DNA from: Promethearchaeota archaeon
GTDB lineage: Archaea; Asgardarchaeota; Lokiarchaeia; Sigyniarchaeales; SOKP01
Direction: 5' to 3'
DNA: 64,000 nucleotides
NCBI GenBank assembly: GCA_019058365.1
Contig: JAHPZE010000001.1
Location: forward strand, 192,001 to 256,000
Below the pieces are notes generated by a model. That model worked only from the letters and a program-made list of their open reading frames with translations. It had not been told where the DNA came from and did not search any database. Made by a program: the position numbers and the translations under genes. Below, one piece after another: positions 10,801-20,450 of this stretch (its first letter is position 1; every line of letters starts with the position of its first letter).

Positions 10801-11053
10801 TAAATGGATTACCTTTATATTTAATTTGAACATCTTCAACTCCATAACCAGTCCTAAAGATGGCTTTTAATAGTTTCGTTACTCGTTTGAAATCATCTTG
10901 ATGAATAAATTCGTTCAATTTTTTCTTTATAGTAAAATCTTCAAAATTAGTATATTCGCATTGATACTTACTATTAAGTATAAATATAAGGTCATCAATA
11001 TTTTCAGAAAAAATCTGACCTATTTTACTGTAACTTCTGAAAGTACTTGTCAT
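7871..11053 (-). CDS. Cytoplasmic multi-PAS sensor histidine kinase
   Basis: About six PAS/PAC units ending in (R/E/Q/N)DI(T/S); H-box AAHELKTPL; N-box NLLSNAIKFT; DNGIG; GTGLGL; no TM segment. Confidence 0.93.
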   Translation of the reverse strand: MTSTFRSYSKIGQIFSENIDDLIFILNSKYQCEYTNFEDFTIKKKLNEFIHQDDFKRVTKLLKAIFRTGYGVEDVQIKYKGNPFKWFEIKGKSFIDNEDNKKKALLICRDITKFKNLEFEIKKSQARFGELAEYVPEIQFWKLLQTREGKNVVEKTREMLELVLDNIPQFIYWKDTNLVYMGCNKNFALLNKIMEPTSIIGSTDEDLIWIKDNVESIKNKESEVMKNDTAEYNTIESLITINGWQNWFEINRIPLHNPKGEVVGILVTYEDITIREMAEQKLKESEEKYRGILENIKEIYFEVDLEGNFTFFNDAFIELIGYSKNELLGINYRNFFDKENKKKIFNVYSNVYQTGQPKSDFQFQFRNKSEGLVICESSVYLRYDSGGNKIGFNGLARDITDKFHLEQKLKESETKYRHLFQRSPYSIILINRKGKIIDCNPVTEKIFNRKIESIINRNFLEVDIKPENILPVFKDRYQSILKDNVPGSLEVQISRSKNGNLMWISIDDSLVEIGDETFFQVIIQDITEKKIAEQKLKKSQEELKILNRELEQKVLERTKDLIESEQQYRTTIDSLNDPLHVVNKELRIILVNKEMKKWLYELDLRADILGLMLSEAFTFLPDQVYEEYREVFETGKPFITIETTILSGLDVITETRKIPIFIEGKVSQIITIIRDISERIKIENQLKESEKNFRNMITDLDEGYYKTDLDGVILYHNPAFNEISGFEYKKNLIEKKITHLWENTNDRENYINQLLKNGFIRNYIVPVKRNNGDHIIVQINAHLIKDDNGKPIAIEGTFNDITEKFRLEQELLESEKKLRRQNIELRKIDKVKNDFITMAAHELKTPLISISGYTDYILMKHRNHLNPEITTDLLTVQRNVNRLEILMDQLLDVLKIDENKLKLQKALINVTNIINDCLDELSYLINEKNLEIILNIDHEIMLNVDQMRIFTVFTNLLSNAIKFTPDYGWIKILSKKEENHYIFEIKDNGIGLAQDEIERLFKKFERIKPPFISDHINIKDSGTGLGLYITKGIIKAHGGKIWANSDGENQGSAFSFTLPF

Positions 11054-11231
11054 CTCTTATAGTTACCCCATTTAACATTTTAGGATTTAATTATCAAACA
11101 AAATAACAGAAAATTAATCTTTTCTTATAAAAAAATTATATAAATTAGAATATATTTTTTATCTATTTAGAATTCATTAAAACTAATATCTACAACGTAA
11201 ATTATTAGGGCTATAATTTTTTCAATTAACA

Positions 11232-12332
11232 TTAGCCTAATTTGCTTGCCCATCCTTTCATGAATTTCCTCATTTTTTCTTGTTTTGAGATTATTTCTTT
11301 TATTTGTTCTTTTGATTTATTTGTTAGATTTACAATCTCTGGTATAAAGTTGTATTTTATGAAGAAATCTTTACATTGCTGTGAGATTAAATCATTTGGG
11401 ATGTTGATAGGATCCTTCTGAAGACTTTTAAAATTGAATTCCCAATGTTCTAAGAAATTTTTTATGCTTTTATTTGCTTGGAAAATTGGTAAAACTCCAA
11501 TACAATTTGATGTGGTAAGAGCTACATTAGCGTGTTCAACACTAAATCTATTTCCATTAAATGATATAGCGATACCACCATCATCACTTAATCTTTGGAG
11601 CATATTAATATCAGTAATTGAATCTCCTAAAGCTATCATTTCTGAAATTGGTATATTTGTTCTTTTAGATATATCTTCAACGGCTAACTCTTTTCTTTTT
11701 CCCCCTCGAACTATCACTTCATTCATAATCCTTATATAATCAGAATCTGGGCTTATCCAAAAAAAATCATTCAAATCATCAATAATACTATTAAGATCTT
11801 TATTATTAGTAAGATATTTTTTAAATATCTCTCTTATCAATACATTTACTGCATCTTCAATATTCGATAAACTCTTTTTCAAATTTTGGATATTCAAATC
11901 TGTACAATATACATGATCTTTTGGAATTTCCAGAGCAGCTGTTACAATATGAGCAAAATGTGTGTAACTGGTAGAAATTACAAATATATCCCAATCTTTT
12001 TTTAAGATTTTCATTAACTCTCTACATCCTGGTAACAAACCTAAGTTACTTTTAGCTAAACTTATTAATTCTTCATCTGTAAAGCAAGAAACGTACAACG
12101 GAGCCATTAATCTAAGAGTGTCTCCTGGTTGATATCCAGGGATATTCAATTTTTCTTTAACTCCTGGTACATCAATAATATAATCATCATAATTAGAAAT
12201 CATCGTAAAAAATTCACCCATATTATATTTGTTTAAATTCAACTCTGACTTATTATTTAATTTTTTTCCTAGCTCAGCAGCAAAATCGATAACACTAATA
12301 GGACCCTCTAGGTCCCAACACGCAACATTCAT
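11232..12332 (-). CDS. HAD-superfamily hydrolase (EhaR/COG4030-like)
   Basis: WDLEGPIS motif I, ISTSY motif II, GDSITD motif IV, FNGN. Confidence 0.75.
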   Translation of the reverse strand: MNVACWDLEGPISVIDFAAELGKKLNNKSELNLNKYNMGEFFTMISNYDDYIIDVPGVKEKLNIPGYQPGDTLRLMAPLYVSCFTDEELISLAKSNLGLLPGCRELMKILKKDWDIFVISTSYTHFAHIVTAALEIPKDHVYCTDLNIQNLKKSLSNIEDAVNVLIREIFKKYLTNNKDLNSIIDDLNDFFWISPDSDYIRIMNEVIVRGGKRKELAVEDISKRTNIPISEMIALGDSITDINMLQRLSDDGGIAISFNGNRFSVEHANVALTTSNCIGVLPIFQANKSIKNFLEHWEFNFKSLQKDPINIPNDLISQQCKDFFIKYNFIPEIVNLTNKSKEQIKEIISKQEKMRKFMKGWASKLG

Positions 12333-12420
12333 ATTATAAAAAGAGGATAATAATCTTAAATAATCTTCTATTAATTAACTACTTATTAAGGATTTATTAT
12401 TTAAGAGAAGTTTATTTGCT

Positions 12421-12903
12421 TTAGTCTTTTATTTTAAAAATTTCTTGAATTGACTTATTTCTTTCTCGTTTAATTATTTCTTTCCAATTTGGTTCTATTA
12501 TATTAAAGGCGTTTAAAGCTAGATTTTTAATATCATCATCAGATGAATCTAATAATGGCCCTAAATATGCTAATGCTCTCTTATCTTTTATCTTAGTTAA
12601 ACTCTCTATAATGTAAATAATTCTATACTTATCTGGTTCGTATTTTTTTTGTTCTTCTTTGAGTTGTTCTATGATCCTTAGTGTCGCTCTTCCATCTCTA
12701 ATTCGTCCTAATGCTTCTATTATTTTATTAATAACAGTATGATCTTTCTCAGATCTAAGAGCTCTGCACATTAGATTTGTAGCTCTTCCATCCTTTAATA
12801 ACCCGAGTTGTCTCGCAGCTTCAGCTCTTTTCTGCCAATCATCTTCATGAAAGAGTTGTTTTATAAAAGCATTGAATTCTGCATTTTTTTCATGCCAGGT
12901 CAT
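12421..12903 (-). CDS. HEAT-repeat (PBS lyase-like) protein
   Basis: Repeats R.EAARQLG..KD.RA, EALGRIRD.RA, ESLTKIKDKRA. Confidence 0.8.
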   Translation of the reverse strand: MTWHEKNAEFNAFIKQLFHEDDWQKRAEAARQLGLLKDGRATNLMCRALRSEKDHTVINKIIEALGRIRDGRATLRIIEQLKEEQKKYEPDKYRIIYIIESLTKIKDKRALAYLGPLLDSSDDDIKNLALNAFNIIEPNWKEIIKRERNKSIQEIFKIKD

Positions 12904-12995
12904 AATTCAAAAAAGATCAAATAGGGGCAATATTATAATTTGATGATTATAGAATATAATACTTTATTTAGATGATAAATTATAAAAAATAGCAT

Positions 12996-14318
12996 TTATT
13001 TTTTATTTAAAATAGAATTCATGTGTACAATTCGTTTTTGTAATAGTTTTCGCGTACCTACATCTTTTCTATGAAAAAGGTTTCCTTTAATACAACTTAC
13101 TCCCGTCTCAGCAATCTTTTCAGCTTCTTCTAGGGATTCTGCGATTCCTAATACTCCCATTGCCCTTGAAGTTGTAGTATATATGTTTTCACCTTCTCGA
13201 TAAACTGAAGCATAGTAATATTTTGCTTTAGATTTAATAATTTCCTCTATATTTATTTTAATGACGACATCCTTCTTAGGATTAACGGGGTATCCTTCAG
13301 GAGCTAGATATTTACATACAGTGGCCTTCTTTTCAAATTCATAATTTTGATGCAAATTTCCATTTATAATTGACCAACAAATATCTATAAAGTTATTTTT
13401 TAGGAGAGGCAATATATTCATTGCCTCTGGATCACCCAAACGAGAATTATATTCTATCAATTTTATACCACTTGCTGTTTTCATAAATTGTCCATATAAA
13501 AATCCTTTATATTCTACACCAGTCTCTTCTTTTACAGCTGCTACAGTCTTTTTCATATCTCTCAGTGCTTCATTGACATCATTTTGATTGAAGAACGGCA
13601 TGAGATGGTCCTCCATACTATATGAACCCATTCCTCCTGTATTTGGACCTCTATCATCCTCAAAAGCTCTTTTATGGTCTTGTACTAAAGGAGACCCTAT
13701 TACATTTTTTCCATCAACGAATGTCTGTAGCGTAAATTCCTCCCCATCACATTTCTCCTCTAATAGGAATCTATTCTTTTTATCTACCAGTTCACTACAA
13801 TAATCCAAAATATCTTTTTTAGAGAAGAGGTGATCACCATAAACTTTCACCCCCTTACCCCCAGTTAGGCCCTCTGGTTTTACAACGATATTTTCTTCCC
13901 CCATATCTTTAATATAACTTTCAACTCCATCAATAGAATCAAATATTTTACTCTTTACATTTGATTGAATTTTATACTTATCAAGTAATTCTCTAGTAAA
14001 AATTTTTGAGCCTTCTAACTGTGCTGCTTCAATTTTTGGCCCTACGCATGGAAATCCTCCTTTTTCTAAAGCATCAACAATTCCCACTATTAAGGGTGCC
14101 TCAGGCCCAATAACAACAAAATCAATATTTTTTTCTTTACAAAATTCAATGATTTTTTTAAAATCACTTTCAGAGTGAATCTTTATATCTTTACTTAGAT
14201 CTTCTAGTCCAGCATTTTTATAACTCATGAATGCAAATAGATTCGCACCTCCATTAACAAGTGTTTCACCAATAACATGTTCTCTTGCACCATGCCCAAT
14301 AATCAAACAATTTACCAT
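12996..14318 (-). CDS. purD: Phosphoribosylamine--glycine ligase
   Basis: G.GAREH, GPEAPL..G, LEGSK, QDHKR...D.GPNTGGMG, EYNSRLGDPE. Confidence 0.96.
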   Translation of the reverse strand: MVNCLIIGHGAREHVIGETLVNGGANLFAFMSYKNAGLEDLSKDIKIHSESDFKKIIEFCKEKNIDFVVIGPEAPLIVGIVDALEKGGFPCVGPKIEAAQLEGSKIFTRELLDKYKIQSNVKSKIFDSIDGVESYIKDMGEENIVVKPEGLTGGKGVKVYGDHLFSKKDILDYCSELVDKKNRFLLEEKCDGEEFTLQTFVDGKNVIGSPLVQDHKRAFEDDRGPNTGGMGSYSMEDHLMPFFNQNDVNEALRDMKKTVAAVKEETGVEYKGFLYGQFMKTASGIKLIEYNSRLGDPEAMNILPLLKNNFIDICWSIINGNLHQNYEFEKKATVCKYLAPEGYPVNPKKDVVIKINIEEIIKSKAKYYYASVYREGENIYTTTSRAMGVLGIAESLEEAEKIAETGVSCIKGNLFHRKDVGTRKLLQKRIVHMNSILNKK

Positions 14319-14466
14319 TTTAAACCAACATAAAGTATCAAGTTTAATTCTTAATATAAACTAATTAGGTTAATATATAATTTTAACATTAATTATTAAC
14401 CAAGTAATTAACAGTAAGAGGAATTTGAGAGGAAATTTTATATTCCTAAGTTAAATTTGAAAAAAA

Positions 14467-15036
14467 TTATATTAATTTTTCCCCACATTTAGCACAAAAC
14501 TTAGCTTCAATAGGCAATTCGTGACCACAATTATAACATGTTTTGGTTATCTTCTTATGATCTTCTTTTTCAGTTAAATTAGACCCACAATTAGAGCAAA
14601 ACTTGGCATCATCATCAATTTTTTCATGGCAAAAGGGGCAATTTATTTGGTTTATTGATTTTTTTACTTCTGGTACAACCTTTTGTATTATTGGTCTAGG
14701 TTGTACTTGGACATTTCCCACTCTGACTTCAATAGGTAATGTTAACATTTCATAATTTCCAGAGTGAAGAAATGCTGTTATTGTAAAAATTCCTTCGGAT
14801 TTAGGAATGAATTTAAAAAGTCGTCTTTTTTTTCCTCCATGGGAAATTCCCCCATACCTTTCTGCTTTAATTAAAAGTTTAATTTCAGGAGGTCCTGATA
14901 AAACTACCCTTACTTGGGGTAGGTATCGAGATTCAAAATTTTGAACTACTAAATAAAATTCCGTTTGTCTGTTTAAAGAAGTGTATATCATTTTTGCATC
15001 ATTTTTTAAAGCAAATTTAATATTTGTAGGACTCAT
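14467..15036 (-). CDS. Double zinc-ribbon protein with an N-terminal beta-sandwich
   Basis: CPFC..AKFCSNCG and CYNCG..AKFCAKCG. Confidence 0.8.
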   Translation of the reverse strand: MSPTNIKFALKNDAKMIYTSLNRQTEFYLVVQNFESRYLPQVRVVLSGPPEIKLLIKAERYGGISHGGKKRRLFKFIPKSEGIFTITAFLHSGNYEMLTLPIEVRVGNVQVQPRPIIQKVVPEVKKSINQINCPFCHEKIDDDAKFCSNCGSNLTEKEDHKKITKTCYNCGHELPIEAKFCAKCGEKLI

Positions 15037-15221
15037 TTTTATAACTCCTTTCTCAAAATCTATTGAAATTCAAATTTAAATTGGTTCTTATAATTTTTTT
15101 CTTATTGATTATAAAATTGAACTATAATTTAAATCATTATTAATTATTTTTTATTATTCCAAAATAGATATGGACATTCTTAGATTGTGTTTTATTCAAA
15201 AAAAAATAAGATTCAGAAAAA

Positions 15222-16364
15222 ATGTCAGAACTAAAATATCAGAAAATAGCAAGAACTATAGTAAAAGCAGGTTTTCTTCCATTTCCTATAAATAATACAA
15301 TGTTAAAACTATTAAAATTATTGATTGATGAAGAGCAATTAGATTTTATCTTGGCTTTTAAAAATAAATCTTCTCAAACAATGGAAGAATTAATAAAAAA
15401 TAGTAAAATGGCTGAGGATGAGATAAAGATTCATATTAAAAAACTAGCTAAGAAAGGATTTTTATTTGATCAACCTAACTCCAAAGGTGTAATGGTGTAT
15501 AGATTAATGCCATTAATTATGGTTGGGGCATTTGAGTATACTTTTATGAAAAAGATCAGTTTTAATGAGGAAGAGAAAGAAATTGCTCAATTATTTGCTC
15601 AATTATTTAATGAGGTAGCCAAATTTATTCAAAAGAATTATGAAACAGTTCTACCTTTATTTCAAAGAATGCCTCCTTTTGATCGGACTGTTCCTTTATT
15701 AGATAAAAACATAAACGGAAAAGAAATTCAGATAATGGTTAATAAAGAGATAGAAGTTCCCGAAGATAAAATAATGACAACCCAAAAAGTCGAGGAAATA
15801 ATAGAAAAGTTTGATGATATTGCTGTAGGGCATTGTTTTTGTCGACATCATCAAGATTTATTATTAAATCCATGTAAACAGACAGATTTAAGAGAAAATT
15901 GCTTTACTTTTGGCAAATCTGCAAGATTTGTCGTTGAACAAGGTTTTGGAAGAATCATATCAAAGGATGAAGCATTATCAATATTAAAACTTTCTGAAAA
16001 TGACGGGTTAGTTCATAAAGCTTGGCATCCACATTCTGATATCTCTAAACATGAAACTAGTATATGTAATTGCTGTAAATGTTGCTGTGGAATATTTGAT
16101 TGGTGGAGAAGGGGTACCACAGCTATGATAAATTCAACTAATTTCATATCTGTAATTGATAAGAGTAAATGTATTGGATGTGGTACTTGTATGGAAAAAT
16201 GCCCTGTAGATGCAATTGAGGGAGATGATAATAATAAAGCAGAGCGGAACGCAGAGTGGTGCATAGGGTGTGGTGTTTGTGCTCATTATTGTCCCGAGAA
16301 TGCAATATCTTTATTAGAAAGCCCAAGAAAAGTATTTATCCCTCCTCCTAGATTAAGAACCTAA
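15222..16364 (+). CDS. 4Fe-4S dicluster protein with an N-terminal wHTH-like region
   Basis: Two CxxCxxCxxxCP motifs at the C-terminus; CFCR, CNCCKCCC. Confidence 0.85.
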   Translation: MSELKYQKIARTIVKAGFLPFPINNTMLKLLKLLIDEEQLDFILAFKNKSSQTMEELIKNSKMAEDEIKIHIKKLAKKGFLFDQPNSKGVMVYRLMPLIMVGAFEYTFMKKISFNEEEKEIAQLFAQLFNEVAKFIQKNYETVLPLFQRMPPFDRTVPLLDKNINGKEIQIMVNKEIEVPEDKIMTTQKVEEIIEKFDDIAVGHCFCRHHQDLLLNPCKQTDLRENCFTFGKSARFVVEQGFGRIISKDEALSILKLSENDGLVHKAWHPHSDISKHETSICNCCKCCCGIFDWWRRGTTAMINSTNFISVIDKSKCIGCGTCMEKCPVDAIEGDDNNKAERNAEWCIGCGVCAHYCPENAISLLESPRKVFIPPPRLRT

Positions 16365-16483
16365 AGCAAATACTAATATTATTCATTTTTTTATATTTAC
16401 ATCTTAAATTTGTAAGGATAATAAATTAATTATTAAATCAATGATTTTTTTGTTTAATAATAACAATTAGATGAAATTAAACC

Positions 16484-17434
16484 ATGAGTAATAATACTTG
16501 CATTGAATTTCGAAAAGTTTCTAAAAGTTATAAAGAACTCCTTGCTTTAGATAATATTTCTCTTAATATTCAAAAAGGAGAGGTTTTTGGGTATATTGGT
16601 CCCAATGGAGCAGGAAAAACAACAACAATTAAGATTCTAGTTGGCCTAATAAGAGATTTTAGTGGAGAAGTTTTTATAAATGGAAATGATATTATTATTA
16701 ATAAAAAAGAATTACACAATATTATTGGATACCATCCACAAGAAGCTGGTTTCCAAGAATGGCGTACTTTAGATCATGCTTTTAAAACATTTGGTCGTCT
16801 ATCGGGACTTAGTTCAGATCAACTTGAAAATAGAATTCAAGAAGTCTTAAATTTACTTAATCTTTCTGAAGAGCGTTATAAAAAAATTATTCATTTATCT
16901 GGAGGTATGTTTCAAAAATTAAGATTAGGTCAAGCCCTTCTTCATAAACCTCAAATCCTAGTTTTGGATGAGCCATTATCTGGGTTAGATCCGCAAATGA
17001 GGTATCAATTTAAGAATATAATTAAAGAATTAGCTAAAAGTGGTATAACAATCTTGTTTTCTTCCCATATTTTAAGTGATGTGCAGGATATTGCTGATAT
17101 AATTGGTATTTTAAATCAAGGTCAAATTAAAGATATTGGTTCTCCTGAAGATCTTCAAAATAAGTTTCATATTGGTAATATCATTGAAGTTGTAGTAGCT
17201 GAAAATACTCCTTTATGCGAAGGTTTAGATGATTTATCAGAAATTGAATACGTTAACAAAATAAAGTCAAACAAACAATTAATTCATCTGAAATCTGAAA
17301 TTAATATAGATTTAGTGATTTATCAAATAATTGAAATGTTGAGAGAACAAAAATGTAAAATACGTAATTTTAATCTAGTAAAACCCAGTTTGGAAGAAGT
17401 ATATTTAAAATATGTCAGAGGTGAAAACAAATGA
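16484..17434 (+). CDS. ABC-2 type transporter ATP-binding protein
   Basis: GPNGAGKTT, LSGG, LDEP, SSH. Confidence 0.93.
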   Translation: MSNNTCIEFRKVSKSYKELLALDNISLNIQKGEVFGYIGPNGAGKTTTIKILVGLIRDFSGEVFINGNDIIINKKELHNIIGYHPQEAGFQEWRTLDHAFKTFGRLSGLSSDQLENRIQEVLNLLNLSEERYKKIIHLSGGMFQKLRLGQALLHKPQILVLDEPLSGLDPQMRYQFKNIIKELAKSGITILFSSHILSDVQDIADIIGILNQGQIKDIGSPEDLQNKFHIGNIIEVVVAENTPLCEGLDDLSEIEYVNKIKSNKQLIHLKSEINIDLVIYQIIEMLREQKCKIRNFNLVKPSLEEVYLKYVRGENK

Positions 17435-18093
17435 GTCTAAGATTGCTCTTTTTAGATGAATTAAAAGGATATGCAAAATCAAAGGTAATGCTTGTTCTTT
17501 GGTTCGGTTTACCTCTATTGTCTTTCTTAATTCAATTTTTTAATCCTGCTGAATTAGAAGGAATGCCCATTTCATTTTTGGTTGCTCTTGTGGTTTCAAG
17601 TATTGGGGGAACGCTTTCTGTAATAATGCTGAGTACTACAATAGTTAGTGAAAAAAATCGACATGTTTATGAATTATTTTTAATCCGACCAGTAAGGAGA
17701 AGTAGCTTAATTTTAGCAAAATTTTTAGCTGTGTATCTCTGTTTAGTTATTGCTGTATCAATTTCTCTTATTATTGGACTTATATTTGATGCTTTTACTG
17801 GTGATTTGATAGAAAACTACCTAAAGATAACATTTGAATCTTTAATTATTGGGATTTCTTCGATGGCAATTACGTGTTCAATAGGCATACTATTTGGTGT
17901 TTTAGTCTCATCTGTACCAGTTGCAGCAATTTTATCAGTTTATTTAGGAAGTCAATTATCTTCCCTTATAATTTTACCTACCTTCTTTATCCCTGGTTTA
18001 GACACTCAAACGTTAGCGTTAACCTTAGGAATAACTCTTACTACTATAATTATGGGAATAAACATAATCTTATTTAACCGAATGCAATTTTAG
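17431..18093 (+). CDS. ABC-2 type permease
   Basis: About six TM helices, EK....ELFLIRP motif; ATGA overlap with the ATPase gene. Confidence 0.85.
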   Translation: MSLRLLFLDELKGYAKSKVMLVLWFGLPLLSFLIQFFNPAELEGMPISFLVALVVSSIGGTLSVIMLSTTIVSEKNRHVYELFLIRPVRRSSLILAKFLAVYLCLVIAVSISLIIGLIFDAFTGDLIENYLKITFESLIIGISSMAITCSIGILFGVLVSSVPVAAILSVYLGSQLSSLIILPTFFIPGLDTQTLALTLGITLTTIIMGINIILFNRMQF

Positions 18094-18138
18094 TATAAAT
18101 GACTTATAGAAAGATATATCTTTATAAATAGGAAAAAA

Positions 18139-18735
18139 TTATTCACTTTTTTGTGTTTCTTTCTTTTTAGAAAACTTACGAAAAGCAAATATAATTCTTT
18201 GAAGTACCGTTATATTAGTTCCAACAGCTAAAACTATCATCGCCCACCATAAAGCAGATGTAAACCAAATTTGAAGTATAGCTCCTAATAACAGAATTGG
18301 GACACGATCAGTCCTTTCTATAAGCCCAACACCATATAAATTTTCTTCACCTAAAGCTTCTATCTTAGCTCTAGTATATGAAGTTAAAAAAGCTCCAATA
18401 AGAACTATTAGCCCGATTTCTATTGATGTATATCCACTAAGAATCACTCCAATAAACAAGAAAAAATCTCCAATTCTATCCAAGGTAGAATCTAAAAATC
18501 CTCCTAATATTGTAGGACCTTGAAGTCGAGCTACAACTCCATCTAATTGATCAAAAAATTCAGTAATAAATAGAAAAACTATTATAATTATTAATAAATT
18601 AAACATAAATCCAAAAAACGTTATAATTGCTGAGATTAAACCAAATAAGGTAAAATAATTAGCTGGGATTTTTACTAACTTTTTCCCCAAAGGAAGTAAT
18701 AGTTTTTCAGAAAATCTTTTTATTTGTAATAGCAT
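18139..18735 (-). CDS. CDP-alcohol phosphatidyltransferase (archaetidylinositol-phosphate synthase-like)
   Basis: DQLDGVVAR....G.FLDSTLDR signature; SYTRAKIE, GLIERTDR. Confidence 0.9.
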   Translation of the reverse strand: MLLQIKRFSEKLLLPLGKKLVKIPANYFTLFGLISAIITFFGFMFNLLIIIIVFLFITEFFDQLDGVVARLQGPTILGGFLDSTLDRIGDFFLFIGVILSGYTSIEIGLIVLIGAFLTSYTRAKIEALGEENLYGVGLIERTDRVPILLLGAILQIWFTSALWWAMIVLAVGTNITVLQRIIFAFRKFSKKKETQKSE

Positions 18736-18827
18736 AAAATAATGATTACAACTTCTTTGTTGTTAGTCTTTTTTTAAAATTAAAATTATATAAAAATAAA
18801 GTTTTACTTATTTGGTAAAAAAAAAAT

Positions 18828-20321
18828 CTAAATTCCATAAATAGGATAGTATTTATCTTCAACATATTTAATAAAATAATCAGGTTCCAAATCTTCTCCA
18901 GTAATCTTTTGAATTAATTCGGGAGCTCTGTAAATTTTACCATATTGATGCACATTTTCCTTTAAGTAATTTAAAAGGTTAGAGAATTCTCCTTTCTCAT
19001 AATCTTGAGGTATATTTGGGTTTTCTTTTAAAGTTTGTTTATATATTTGAGCAGCATAAAGATTTCCTAAAGAATAACTAGGAAAATAACCAAATCCCCC
19101 ACCAGACCAATGTACATCTTGTAATACACCAAGAGCATCATTCGGCGGTATAATTCCTAATAATTCTTCCATTTTTGCATTCCATATTTCTGGCAATTCA
19201 CTTGCTTGAAGTTGATCTTCTATTATCATTTTCTCTAGTTCAAATCGTAGTATAATATGTAATCCATAAGTCACCTCATCAGCATCTACTCGGATAAACG
19301 ATGGTTGTACTACATTTATAGAACGATGAAATTCTTCCATTGGATAATTTTTCAAATTTTCTGGAAAAACTTTTTGAAAGATAGGATACCAATATGTCCA
19401 AAATTCCTTACTACGCCCAACTACATTTTCCCACATTCGAGATTGAGATTCATGAATACCCATAGAACACCCCTCAGCTAATAACGTATCATGAATTTCT
19501 TCTTTAAATCCCATTTGGTAAAGAGCATGTCCACATTCATGGATTGTGGAGAATAAGCAATCAGGAAGAAAATCTTCACGTATTCTAGTTGTTATTCTAG
19601 TATCTATGGATGATAATGAAGTAGTAAAAGGATGTGTTGCTTTGTCTTGCCGTCCGGTATTAAAATCAAAATTAAGTTTTTTAATTATATCAAGACTTAA
19701 TTGCCATTGTTTTTCAGCATCATAATGTTTTTTTAGGATTGATTGATTAGGTTTATCAGAGACATTATTTAGCTTATTGACAATCTTTACTAATTTTGGT
19801 TTTAATCCATTAAAGATTTTTAAAATCCAATCATAAGTTGAACCAGGTTCGTACAAATCTAACAAAGTTGAGTATAAAGTCGGACCTGTATCAAGTTTCT
19901 CGGCAAATTCTATTTTTAATTTAATAATTTTCTCGAGATAAGGCTTGAATATTGAAAAATCACTTTTTTCTCTTGCTTTTTCCCATTCCATATGCCCTAA
20001 TGATGAAGTTTTAGCAATTTCAGATACTAATTCATCAGGAATTTTGATTGCTTGATCATATTCTCTTTTTGCTTCTCGTATCATCGCTAAATCAATTTCA
20101 CTAAGATTGTGTAATTCTTCAGCTTCTTTTATCAATTTACCAGTTTTATCTGATTTTATCCTTGAATGAATTAAATTTTGTATTAATGCCAATTGCTCAG
20201 CTCTTCCTTTCACTGAACCTTTAGGCATATTGACTTGTTGATCCCAGCTTAAAAGAGCTCCAATGTAAGACAGTCTCATTATTTCATTAAAATGTTCCCA
20301 AAGTTCTTTCATTACATTCAT
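18828..20321 (-). CDS. M32 carboxypeptidase (copy 1)
   Basis: HPF, DTRITTR, HECGH, HESQ, IRVDADE, QDVHW, GYFPSY. Confidence 0.95.
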   Translation of the reverse strand: MNVMKELWEHFNEIMRLSYIGALLSWDQQVNMPKGSVKGRAEQLALIQNLIHSRIKSDKTGKLIKEAEELHNLSEIDLAMIREAKREYDQAIKIPDELVSEIAKTSSLGHMEWEKAREKSDFSIFKPYLEKIIKLKIEFAEKLDTGPTLYSTLLDLYEPGSTYDWILKIFNGLKPKLVKIVNKLNNVSDKPNQSILKKHYDAEKQWQLSLDIIKKLNFDFNTGRQDKATHPFTTSLSSIDTRITTRIREDFLPDCLFSTIHECGHALYQMGFKEEIHDTLLAEGCSMGIHESQSRMWENVVGRSKEFWTYWYPIFQKVFPENLKNYPMEEFHRSINVVQPSFIRVDADEVTYGLHIILRFELEKMIIEDQLQASELPEIWNAKMEELLGIIPPNDALGVLQDVHWSGGGFGYFPSYSLGNLYAAQIYKQTLKENPNIPQDYEKGEFSNLLNYLKENVHQYGKIYRAPELIQKITGEDLEPDYFIKYVEDKYYPIYGI

Positions 20322-20450
20322 AATTTACTTATTTTTTAGTAATTATTTTTAAAATTATATGAAAATGTTAGTTAATTTTTAACAAAAAAGTTTTGGTTTT
20401 CCAATTGATAATTTCAGTATATATAAGGTGAAATTAATAAAAAAAAGAAT

